DNA of 63,921 bases, filler included, from Malassezia furfur (lineage: Eukaryota), in assembly GCA_052055015.1 (NCBI GenBank). It is 3 parts of 3 records of this genome, joined end to end, with 100 filler letters (N's around TTAATTAATTAA, not from the genome) between each part and the next. Parts side by side here need not be neighbours in the genome. Positions count along the whole stretch, not along the records: positions 22,063 to 43,801 come from JBQJIT010000165.1; 2 more parts are not named here. One strand, written 5' to 3'. Shown one piece after another: positions 32,473-42,412 of the stretch. Positions within the stretch are counted from its first letter, which is position 1; the number at the start of each line of letters is the position of its first letter. Made by a program: the position numbers and the translations under genes. Under the pieces are notes generated by a model. It made no database searches. It saw only the letters and a list, made by a program, of their open reading frames with translations, and was not told the origin of the DNA.

Positions 32473-34558
32473 ATGCTAGGTGCGCGCTCGGTGCGCCCAG
32501 CACTCGCGCGCTGGGCGCCCAGCGTGGCTGCAATGCGCCGCGCGCTCTCCACCGACAATGCCGAGTCCTTCTCCCACGCGCATTTCGACAAGGACGGCCA
32601 CAGTGACGAGCAGCTACCAGTCAAGGAGCACGCAGTGATCTCGACGTTTGACCTGTTCTCCATCGGCATCGGGCCCTCGTCGTCGCACACGGTCGGCCCG
32701 ATGCGCGCGGGTGCCATCTTTGTGAATGACCTGCGCGAGATGGGGCTCCTTGATAAGGTGCACACGCTCAAAGTCGCGCTGTACGGCAGTTTGGCAGCGA
32801 CGGGCAAGGGACACATGACGCCACAGGCGCTTCTGCTAGGCTTCGAGGGCGCCGACTGCGAGACGGTCGACACTGAGAGCGTCCCAGTGCGCTATCAGGC
32901 GATTGTCGACGACCAGGTGTTGACGCTCGGCAAGGATACCAACGACACCTACCACGACGCCAAGGAGATTCGGTTCAACTTTGACAAGGACCTCGAATGG
33001 AAGTGGGGGCAGACGCTTCCGATGCACTCCAATGGTATGCGTTTCAGCGTGTTTGACGTCAACGGTGACCTGCTCGGCACCAACGACTTTTACAGCATCG
33101 GCGGCGGGTTTGTGGTGAACGGCAAAATGGCGGTGGCCGAAGAGCCGGGGCCGCGACCGATGCGCACCGATGACGCGACCGTGGAAGAGACCTCTGGGCC
33201 CACAACGACCGCGCTGGACGCGCCCAAGCCAACTGAGGTGGTGCCGTCCGGGGTGGATCAACACCCAGAGGATATGCTCGAAAATGTCTTCTACAAGTCG
33301 CTGCGTCGCGACGATGCCGGCGGCGTGCGACGCAGCGGTGTCAACATGCATGCCAGCGAAAAGGATCTGATGCCGAACATGATTCCTATTGCCGGCGGCA
33401 CGCAGGACGAGCCCGACGCGCCTCCGCAGGGCAGCAACGACCCTCGCTTCCCCTTCCACAACATGGCGAGCCTGCTGGCACTCACGCGCAAGCACAATCT
33501 GACCATCGCACAGATTGTGTACGAAAACGAGCTGACGTGGTACACCCCGGAGGAGATCGACGCAAAGCTCATGCGCATCTGGAGTGTCATGGACGAAGGC
33601 ATCCGTGCGGGGGTGCACAGCACGCAGGAAGTGCTGCCTGGCTCACTGCGCATGAAGCGGCGTGCGCCCAAACTTTACGCACGGCTTATGCGTGGCCTGT
33701 ACATGGGTCCCCGCCGTTTGGGGCACATGTCCGGCGACGTCGGCGATGCCATCGACCGGCCCAAGGGTGCGGGTGAGGTTGAGCGCCTGCCGAAGCCCGA
33801 GCGCGATGCGACCAATGTCCCTGCACGCTACATGCGACGCGAGGTGTCGCGCACACCCAAGATCCGCGGCTCGTTCCAGCACGAGGTGGTGCCCGTACCT
33901 CCGCGGCGCCCCAACTTCCCTGCGATGGACTGGCTGTCGTGCTGGGCAATTGCGACGAACGAGCAGGTAGCGTCGGGCGGGCGCATTGTAATCGCGCCGA
34001 CACTGGGCGCAGCGGGCATCATTCCGTCGGTGCTGCGCTACGTGGTGGAGTTTGTGGCCCTGTCGCCGGAGGACGAGGAGAACCTCGTGCGCACCTTTTT
34101 GCTGACCGCCGCGGCGATCGGCATGCTGTTCAAGCGTGGCGCGACGATCAGCGCCGCCGAGGGCGGGTGCATGGCCGAGGTCGGTACTAGCTGCTCCATG
34201 GCGGCCGCGGCGTTTGCGGCGTGCATGGGCGCCAGTCCCGAGGTGATTGAGCAGGCGGCTGAGACTGCGATCGAGCACAACCTCGGCCTGACGTGCGATC
34301 CGGTGGACGGCCTTGTGCAGGCGCCGTGCATCGAGCGCAACGCCGTCGGCGCCGTCAAGGCCGTGGTGAGTGCGAATTTGGCACTTTCGACGGGCGGCGA
34401 CCACTCGATTTCGCTCGATGAGGCGATCCACGCTGCGCGTCTCACGGCCGCCGACATGCATATGAAATACAAGGAAACGAGGTACGCATCCCTTCTGACC
34501 CAGTCTGAGCGGCCTGGCGACCACGGTCAAGATCCCCGTCGCGGTGCCCGAGTGTTAG
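32473..34558 (+). CDS. Fe-S-dependent L-serine dehydratase (bacterial SdaA-type, single chain) with putative mitochondrial presequence
   Basis: FDLFSIGIGPSSSHTVGPMRA, LYGSLAATGKGH, YSIGGGF, AEGGCMAEVG, LGLTCDPVDGLVQAPCIERN. A 22-nt intron (34482-34503) restores KYKETSLSGLA..EC*. Alternative start at 32440. Confidence 0.9.
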
Positions 34559-34596
34559 CATGTAGGTGTGTATCACATAAGCGTCGCTCTGCGACC

Positions 34597-36276
34597 ATGG
34601 CGTTTTCGTTCGGCAAGGCGCCAAGCACGGGCGCGACGCCGGGGCTGTTTGGCAACCCGGGCGCGGGTGCACAGGGCACACAGGGCAATGCCCAGCCAAG
34701 CCAGCCGACCACGTCCGGCTTCTCGTTCGGCTCGACGGGATCTGGCGGGCTGTTTGGCCAGCCGAACTCGGGCACTCAGGCGTCGCAGCCGTCGTCGACC
34801 GGCGGGCTGTTTGGTCAGAGCACCGCGGGCACACAGTCTGCGCCGTCGGGCGGCTTGTTTGGCCAGAATACCTCGGCGTCGCAGCCGGGGCAGTCGAGTC
34901 TGTTTGGCCAGAATACGTCCGCGTCGCAGCCGGGGCAATCGGGCGGGCTGTTCGGCCAGAAGAACCAGGCGCCGTCGCAGCCGGGGCAGACCGGCGGGCT
35001 GTTTGGCCAGTCAAGCCAGAACCAGACGCAGCAAGGGCAGTCGGGCGGCCTATTTGGCCAGTCGACGACGCAGCCCCAGGGGCAGACGGGCGGTCTGTTC
35101 GGCCAGTCGACGACGCAGCCCCAGGGGCAGACGGGCGGCCTGTTTGGCCAGTCAACAGCGCAACCGCCTGCACAGACCGGTGGCCTGTTTGGTCAGGCAT
35201 CCGGGTCGGCTACGCAGGGTGCGCCGTCGACCGGCCTGTTTGGCCAGTCGACGACGCAGCAGCCGTCGCAGACCGGGGGCCTGTTCGGTACGTCGCAGGC
35301 GCAGTCCAAGCCGGCGCTTGGCTTTGGTGCATCGCAGCCATCATCAAGCCTGTTTGGGTCTCAGGCCAAGCCCGGGGCGCCGTCTGCGCAGCCCGGCGCG
35401 ATGGGCGCGAGCACCGCAGGCGCTGCACCGGATGCCAAGCTCGGTGCACCGCTCAACGCTCAGTTGGAGCAAATTCGGGCGAGTTGGGACACGTCGAACC
35501 TGGCGACATGCCGTTTCCAGCACTATCTGTACAACCGCGCGAGCGATCCGCAGGCGTTGCAGCAGCTCACCGTGCGCCGTCCCGACGCCGTGGGGCCGAT
35601 GCACGACGCGCTGTGGGCCAAGGCGATGCAAGAGAACCCTGAGCCAGAGCGTCTATACCCTGTGCTCGCTGTCGGTTTTAGCGACCTGCGCGCGCGAGTG
35701 CAGGTGCAGGAGACCGAGGCGGTGCGGCAGCACAACAAGCTCGCGGAGCTGGCCAAGCAGCTTGCGGCGCTGCAGCAGAAACACGACTTGTCCAACACGA
35801 TTCGTGCGCAGTCGGCGATGCTGATGCAGTCGCGCATCCACCAGCGTCTCCTGTCGCTCGTGAAGGACTGCGCGACGTTGATCCCCGCGCTGCGCAACCA
35901 GGGGATGACCGCCGCCGAGGACCAGCTGCTCGTCACGCTCGAGACGTGCGAAGCGCAACTGAACGGCGCCGCGGGTGCTGCGGATGCGGCGCCACAGCAA
36001 GCGCTGCTACGTGCGCAGGTCAACGAGCTCTGGGCGCAGCTCGGTGTGGTGCGTGCGCGCCGCGAGGCGCTCGCGAGCCAGGGGCGCGTCGACAGCGGCA
36101 ACACCGAGTGGGCCGTCGTCGACGAGGCAAGCTTCGAGGAACTGACGAGCATCCTTGCCTCGCTGCAGCAGGGCCTGTTGCACCTGACTGGCATCCTCAG
36201 CGCGGACACCAAGGCACTCAACATGGTGTGCGACGGCCTGACGGGCGTGCCGCTGGTTGGAGTACGGAATCGGTAG
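34597..36276 (+). CDS. NUP57: GLFG nucleoporin Nup57/Nup54
   Basis: Many GGLFGQ repeats, then CRFQHYLYN, LWAKAMQENP..LYPVLAVGFSDLRARV and coiled coils. Confidence 0.88.
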   Translation: MAFSFGKAPSTGATPGLFGNPGAGAQGTQGNAQPSQPTTSGFSFGSTGSGGLFGQPNSGTQASQPSSTGGLFGQSTAGTQSAPSGGLFGQNTSASQPGQSSLFGQNTSASQPGQSGGLFGQKNQAPSQPGQTGGLFGQSSQNQTQQGQSGGLFGQSTTQPQGQTGGLFGQSTTQPQGQTGGLFGQSTAQPPAQTGGLFGQASGSATQGAPSTGLFGQSTTQQPSQTGGLFGTSQAQSKPALGFGASQPSSSLFGSQAKPGAPSAQPGAMGASTAGAAPDAKLGAPLNAQLEQIRASWDTSNLATCRFQHYLYNRASDPQALQQLTVRRPDAVGPMHDALWAKAMQENPEPERLYPVLAVGFSDLRARVQVQETEAVRQHNKLAELAKQLAALQQKHDLSNTIRAQSAMLMQSRIHQRLLSLVKDCATLIPALRNQGMTAAEDQLLVTLETCEAQLNGAAGAADAAPQQALLRAQVNELWAQLGVVRARREALASQGRVDSGNTEWAVVDEASFEELTSILASLQQGLLHLTGILSADTKALNMVCDGLTGVPLVGVRNR

Positions 36277-37292
36277 CTACTTCGGGTCCCACTCGTCCAC
36301 CGCGTTGTAGAAGGTCTGGATGGTACGCTTCTGTGCATCCTCGCCCGACTCGTGCGGCGCGTCGCCGATCGCACGCACCACGAGGTACTTGCGCCCGGTG
36401 AGCACCGCGGGCGTCACTACGGGGCGCCAGGCGCCCTGGGCAGCCTCGGCGGCGTGCGCCTTGGAGCCGACCACGGCACATCCGCTGCGTAAGTAGATCA
36501 ACGTACGCTTCTTGCGCAATCACCATGCCGGCACACACGTCCCATGCCCAGCACCCAATTTCCCAGTACACGTCCAGACACCCCGCCGCGACGTGCGCAA
36601 AGTTGAGCGCCGCCGAGCCGACGGAGCGCACGCCAATCGCCATCTCGCCGCCCTGTACACCGCCCGCCGCATCGCCCGTGAGGCGCTCAAACGTGCGCGT
36701 CTTGCGCTCCATCACCTCCTTGGAGCGGTCCGAGCCCCACTCGAACGCAATGAGCGCCTGCTTAAACGACGACAGCGGCTGCGGCTTGGTGAGTGGCAGC
36801 GAGCGGCGCTCGGGGTGCAGCGGGCTCGTCATGAACGCGCCACTGCCCTTGCGCGCGGCATACAGCTGCCCCAGGAACGGCGCAAAGATCACGCCGAGTA
36901 CCGGCTCCGACTGGTACACGAGCCCAATCGAAATACACACGAACGGGAAGCCCTTGACAAAGTTGGTCGTCCCGTCGATCGGGTCGATGATCCACGTCGG
37001 CGCATCGGTGATCTCGTTCTGCTCACCCGCCGCCCAGCTCTCCTCGCCAATAAACTCATGGTCGGGGAAGCGCGCCTTGATCGCCTCGTGCACAAGTTTC
37101 TCCGTGTTCTGGTCGGTCTCGGTCACGAGGTCCGCCGTATTCTTCTTCTCGTCAAAGCCGGCTGTGGTCAGGGGGGCGCAGCGTACTCGCATTGCGGAAG
37201 CGCGTCTCGCTGCCTTCCGTGATCGCCTGGCCCGCACGGTGTGCAAGCGCAATCGCAAAGTCCAGCACTTCGTCCAAGTCCAAGGAGCCCAT
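36277..37292 (-). CDS. Inositol monophosphatase
   Basis: DLVTETD, FIGEES, TWIIDPIDGTTNF, GCWAWDVCAG. Introns 37162-37186 and 36485-36506. Confidence 0.92.
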
Positions 37293-37350
37293 GGTGTCCG
37301 TTCGCATCCCCGCGCACGGGGCGCCACGTGCAGTGGAGGCGTCCGCGAGC

Positions 37351-38749
37351 ATGGCCGGATGGGCGCCGCTGCGCGCCGCCGAGGCGTTCCTGGCCGACGC
37401 GCCGCGTACACCGGCGCGCGACCGGCCGCTGGCCCCACTGTCGCAGCTGCCCGTGCCCGAGTCAATGTCGCAACGCGCGTCGCAGGCGTCGCCCTACGAG
37501 CGCCGCGCACAGACACCACTGTCGTCACTGCCCATGGCGCCGGGCATCGGCTCTGACGAGGAAGAGGTGAGCGACGCCGAGACGTGGGGCGATGTCGTGG
37601 ATGATGTATACGAGGAAGAGATCGCGCCGATTACGCGCGCGCGCCTGCGCCTCCGCTGCGGCATTCCAGCGCTCGACACGTACGCAGGGACTCTGCGCAC
37701 CGCCGGCGCCTTCGCGACGCACGGCGCCTACGTGGCTGACAGCGACGACGATGCGCATGGCTTCCCGCTAGGCTCAGCGCTCGAGATCGTTGGACCACCG
37801 GGTATCGGCAAGACAACATGGGTGCTCGAGATGGCGGTACGCGAACGCCTCGCACACATTCTGCACTCGCTCGACCTCGCCCTAGACGAGGTCAGTGCGT
37901 CGCCCGCAGCATCTCCATGTGGCACTAACAAATGGCTGGACCACAATGTTGCCCCATGGTGTGCGCAGGTGGTCCTAGCCGACACCGAGGGGAGCATTAC
38001 GCCCGCATGCCTCGCCAAGCTCGCCACGGCCGCGGCACACGATGCGATGGATGCACCAAGCTGCGTGCGCTGGCGCACGACGGTGCCGAACGCCTATGCC
38101 GCACAGCATGCGAGTCTTGTCCGGTGCATCCTCCAAGGGCTCCATGTCGTCCGCCTCACCTCGCTCGGTGACCTCCTCGCCTTTCTGGGCGTCGCGGCCG
38201 ACAGCGTACTCAAAGTGCCTGGCCTGCCGCCGCGCACTTCGCTACTGGTGGTTGACTCGCTGTCTTTCCTGCTCAATACCCATGCGCTTGCACCGAATGC
38301 GACGCGCGAGCAGCGTCGTGCACGAGCCAACGCGCTGGCGCTAGCGATTCATGCGCTGACGACGCTGCGCGACTTTCATATCCCCGAGCACGACCGCCTC
38401 ACGGTCATCGTCACGAACCAGATGGCATCGCGTATGCCGGGCGACCGGCGCGCGCAGGTGGGCGTCGAGTCCGTGCTGGTGCCTTCGTTGACGGCCGCTC
38501 CGACGATGCGCGGCACCTTTGATGCGTCCGCATACGACTGGGGGCCAAGCATCCTCGGGCGCAGTGCATGGCGCTTCCTTTTGTTCTATCCCAACGCACA
38601 AGAGGCGCGGTACGTTGCACTACTGACCTAGCTTTCTCGCCATCCAGTCCCGGCCAGATACCCCGAACGCGGCCGCCAACGATGCCGCCGCGATGCCGCC
38701 TCCCTGTATCCCGTTTGTCGTGCAGCCCGCAGCATGGCACCGTGCATAA
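37351..38749 (+). CDS. RecA/Rad51-paralog family protein (Rad55/Rec2-like)
   Basis: Walker A GPPGIGKTT, ADTEGS, Walker B LLVVDSLS, VIVTNQM. One 22-nt intron (38610-38631); start codon uncertain. Confidence 0.75.
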
Positions 38750-39359
38750 TTACAGGTTCTTGTCGAAGCTATCAATCACTGCGTAAGTCGCTCCACGCAC
38801 AGATCGTGACGGGGCCTGTTTTAGGGTTGTATACATACCATCGTTCACCAGGGACACGTCCATCATCGCGCCAAAGCGGCCGTCTATGTGAGCATTTGGC
38901 ATACCCTTGATACGGTCGGGTGCGTATTGCTCGCCCAGACGCGCGAGAAACGACTTGTAGAACTGCTTCGATGCTTCGCCGCCCATCGCGCGGTGAAAGT
39001 CAGGCTTGGTTCCCTTGGCGGTCTTTGCATATAGCGTGAATTGCGACACTGTATCAGCATGTCACATACCGCACAGGATTTCTCCGCCCAGCTCCGTCAC
39101 ATTGGCGCACCATGGCCGCGCGCCCTCGGCCGCCTGCATGAGCCGCCCTTCTTCGACGCGCACACCGTCTGGCCAAAGCCGCGTGCCGAGCATTTTCTTG
39201 ATTAGCACCTGCATCTGCTCAGGCGTATCATCGTGGCAGATGCCTATCAGCGCCAGGATCCCCGGCCCGATTTGCGAAACGAGCTCGCCATCGACTGTGT
39301 CAGGGCGCGCACGTACCGTGCACCGACGCCTGCTTCACGCGCTGCAACACCGCGCGCAT
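38750..39359 (-). CDS. DTD1: D-aminoacyl-tRNA deacylase, 6 exons
   Basis: MRAVLQRVKQASV, VSQFTLYA..KGTKPDFH, GRFGAMMDVSLVNDGPVTI. Introns 39295-39316, 39049-39069, 38884-38904, 38816-38838 and 38779-38800. Confidence 0.95.
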
Positions 39360-39386
39360 CGTCGTCTTAGTCAGCCATTTTTTGCC

Positions 39387-40721
39387 ATGAGCGGGGGCGA
39401 CCGAGCGGCGCTGCAGTCAACGTTGCTCCGGCTGTGCGTGTTGAGCGCGACGTCGCTGCAGGCAGTGCACCCGAGTCAGGTACCGCAAGAGTCTGTGGAT
39501 AATGATGCGGCAAAGCAGGATGGTGCCAAGCTTGGCGAACAGATTCATCACGACCTTTTGGCCTTGCTACAAAAGGCAAGCAAGGACGTCACAGCGCTGT
39601 CGCTCGCGATGCGCCCGCCCAAGGGACAGGTGCAAGATTCCGAAGAGCCCCTTGCGGGCCTCGATGACGCCAGCGTCGAGGCGGCTTCGCGCCTGCTCCA
39701 GTCGCTTGCGTCTGATATCGTGCCCAAGCTCGTGTTCTTGGCGAACCTAGCACAGAAGAACCAGGCGGTCTGGACGCTGACCGACGCCGCAGCGAACGAC
39801 GAGAGCGTCAAGGAAGCACGGAAACTCGGCGCACAGATTGTCTACGGGGAGGGCGCCAAGGGAACCAAGGCGGTCGATGCGTCCGTCGGCCACTACTTTG
39901 CGACCGAAATTACGCGCGCCGTGTCCGAGGTCGTGGAGCTCATTGCGCAGCTGTGCCAGAGCTTTATGGATGCACGCACACGCACCGTACTTCAGCGTGC
40001 ACAGGCCCGGCGCGAGGGAGCCGCGACCCGCGCGCCCTCCGTTCCGCCGCCGTCGCGCGCCGCATCGCTCAGCCTGACCAAGCGGTTGTGGAATTTGTGC
40101 GATGGACTCGCAGGGCAGGGAACAGCCGTCAAGCATATTGCGCGGCTGCCGCGCAGCAACAAGGAGGCAGTCGCCAAGGTGTGGAAGCAGTCGGTGCTGG
40201 TGATGGAAGACGGCCTGGCAGAGCTGGACCAGGCGATGGAGACGACAGGCGAGGAAGAAGACGAGGACGGCACGGCCGAGCTTGGCGAGCAGTGGTCTAA
40301 ACCCGTCGCTCTCTCCGATGCTGAGCGCCGTGCAGCTACAGCGGTCCGTGCACTGCTGGAGCAGGGCTTGGCGGTGCAGAAACGCGTGTGTCAAGCGGTT
40401 TTGGGCAGCGCTGCACCTGTCATCGACTTTGACGTGGTGGGCCAAGCCATTTCCGGACTCTCCGAGGCGCAGGACGACCTTGTGTCGGCCGTGTTGTACG
40501 CCGGAGACGAGGGTGCGCTGCCAGAGGATTTGGAGACCGATGAGCAGGATGCTGCAGAGGGTAGCGGCGATGAGGTCGGCGACAGCGACGAAGATGAGCT
40601 CCGTGTGAGTGCTGAATCGTACCGCGCGCTGTGCGGTCAACTTGCGGCATTGCCGACGCCGGCTGTGCCGATGGACGAAGTAGACCGCGCCTACAATGCG
40701 GCGCTGGCCACGTTCCTATAG
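39387..40721 (+). CDS. Cyclin-D1-binding / GCIP-like helical protein
   Basis: Helical protein with LWNLCD..LPRSNKEAVAKVWKQSVLVMEDGLAEL followed by an acidic stretch, resembling the GCIP family. Confidence 0.6.
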   Translation: MSGGDRAALQSTLLRLCVLSATSLQAVHPSQVPQESVDNDAAKQDGAKLGEQIHHDLLALLQKASKDVTALSLAMRPPKGQVQDSEEPLAGLDDASVEAASRLLQSLASDIVPKLVFLANLAQKNQAVWTLTDAAANDESVKEARKLGAQIVYGEGAKGTKAVDASVGHYFATEITRAVSEVVELIAQLCQSFMDARTRTVLQRAQARREGAATRAPSVPPPSRAASLSLTKRLWNLCDGLAGQGTAVKHIARLPRSNKEAVAKVWKQSVLVMEDGLAELDQAMETTGEEEDEDGTAELGEQWSKPVALSDAERRAATAVRALLEQGLAVQKRVCQAVLGSAAPVIDFDVVGQAISGLSEAQDDLVSAVLYAGDEGALPEDLETDEQDAAEGSGDEVGDSDEDELRVSAESYRALCGQLAALPTPAVPMDEVDRAYNAALATFL

Positions 40722-40726
40722 TACAG

Positions 40727-41785
40727 CTATTTTCGCACAATGCCCAAGGCGTTAGGCCCGCGGCGCTTCTTGGGCGCCGGCCGAGGCATGGCCGAAGGTT
40801 TGGCGAGTGCCTCGAGTTGCGCACGCGACGCTTCGCTCAGCAGGCTCGCGGCATCGGGTGGTGCCTCGGCAGACGTAGCGTCTGTGCCGTTGGTCTTGGT
40901 CGGCGGCGCTTCGAGTGTCGCTGACGGCTCGGCCTGCGGCGTAGCCGACGCTTTGTCCTTCTCCGGCGAGGCCTTCTCCGGTGAGGCGGACGCCTTGACC
41001 TTCGTCGGCGCATCGTCCTCCTCCGTGGTAGTGGGCCCCTTGGCCGGCTCTGGCTCGGCTGGCTGGCTTGGCGCGTCGTCCGCAACAGAGGCAACGAATT
41101 TCCCCTGCATCGGATCGCCGGGCTGGACATTCCGCTTGCCAAAGTATTTTTGGACAAGCGCCTCGTCCTCTTCCTCTTCCTGCGACCGCTCCTTGGTCTC
41201 AGACGCCGACGGCTCGTACTTTCGCTTGCCGAGCGCGACGCTCTGCAGCACCGCATCCGGATCCACCCGTTCATGCCGGGCGTTGCGCGTGCGAATGTCC
41301 TGGAGCGCGTCAAGAATCTCCATTTCGCGCTGCGACTCGATCGTGCGTTGCTCGAGCGCCTTCATAGGATCAATCTCGGGCTCTGAGTCCTCCTCATCTG
41401 AGAGAATGATGGTGATTTTATTCACGTCTGCCTTGGGCTTGTCATTGTCGCGCCAGGGCTCGAAGTTGCGCGTTGCACCGTGTTCCGCAGCATAGTCGGT
41501 ATTTTTAGGGTCGGTACGGAAGGTGATTTCGGAAGTACACCGTGTGCACTTGATGTAGAAGCGGTAGATGGGGATGCCGTAGTACTGCTCGCCCTGCACG
41601 ATTTCCTTGCGTGCATTGAATTTTTTGCCCTTGTAGATGAACTCGCCACACGAGTTGCATTGCATGCTGTACGGCGCCATCAGACGCACAGTACGCTTAT
41701 GGCCCTTACCATGCCGGTTGCGGTTCGCCTTGTTCGGATCAAAGTCCGGAGGGAAGTACTTGTTGATGACCTTGCGCTCCGACAT
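40727..41785 (-). CDS. YJU2: Splicing factor Yju2/CCDC94
   Basis: MSERKVINKYFPPDFDP, VRLMAPYSMQCNSCGEFIYKGKKFNARKE, TDPKNTDY..EHGATRNFEPW. Confidence 0.95.
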   Translation of the reverse strand: MSERKVINKYFPPDFDPNKANRNRHGKGHKRTVRLMAPYSMQCNSCGEFIYKGKKFNARKEIVQGEQYYGIPIYRFYIKCTRCTSEITFRTDPKNTDYAAEHGATRNFEPWRDNDKPKADVNKITIILSDEEDSEPEIDPMKALEQRTIESQREMEILDALQDIRTRNARHERVDPDAVLQSVALGKRKYEPSASETKERSQEEEEDEALVQKYFGKRNVQPGDPMQGKFVASVADDAPSQPAEPEPAKGPTTTEEDDAPTKVKASASPEKASPEKDKASATPQAEPSATLEAPPTKTNGTDATSAEAPPDAASLLSEASRAQLEALAKPSAMPRPAPKKRRGPNALGIVRK

Positions 41786-41820
41786 GGTGGCGGGCGCGAG
41801 CGAAGCCCTCCACCTCCATC

Positions 41821-42412
41821 ATGGGGCTGGGGTCGCGCGACGCGTACGTGTTGGACTGACCCAGGGACGCGGCGCTCGGCACACAGGCACTCGCTATCGC
41901 TGTCTCGGTGCTGGCCGTCTTCTTGGCGGTGCGTATCGCCTACCGCACCATCCGCAGCACGGTCGCCCTGGCGTTCTGGCTGGTAAAGTGGGGCGCCATC
42001 CTGTACGCCGTTCTGTTGGCCTACCTCTGGTACACCCACGAGACACCCACTGCGACGCAGCAGGCGCTCGCGGGCGTGAATACAGTCATCTCGGGTACGT
42101 TCTATGGCTGATGTAGCATCTGCCTCGACGTTTTATGCCCTCGCGCTGCGGACACTTCAGCAGCCCGGGGGGATCGGCGCCGTGGCCCAGCATTTGGCGG
42201 GTGCCTTTGACGCGCCCCGCACGGCGCCGCGCCGCACACAACGCCGCACACAGCGCCAGCGCCGCGCGGACAATGTGCTCGGCGACCTTGCCGACTCGCT
42301 CGGGCTTGGCGACGTCCTGAGCGCCGCTCAGGCATGGGACCCCGCGGCGAATGCCGGGCAGGTCAAGCAGGAGGCGCGCAAGAAGCGCAAGCGCTCACGG
42401 TTCTGGGACTAG
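41821..42412 (+). CDS. Small two-TM membrane protein (Apq12-like), 3 exons
   Basis: Introns 41844-41864 (21 nt) and 42095-42116 (22 nt) join three fragments; two hydrophobic helices flank RIAYRTIRS. Confidence 0.65.

Noticed and set aside
34640..35360. Tandem GGCGGxCTGTTTGGCCAG-type repeats
   Set aside because: Explained by the GLFG repeats of Nup57.
32440..36276. 1278-aa ORF as a single serine dehydratase-nucleoporin gene
   Set aside because: A canonical 22-nt intron restores the normal SdaA C-terminus and stop, and Nup57 has its own ATG. Kept only as a possible retention product.
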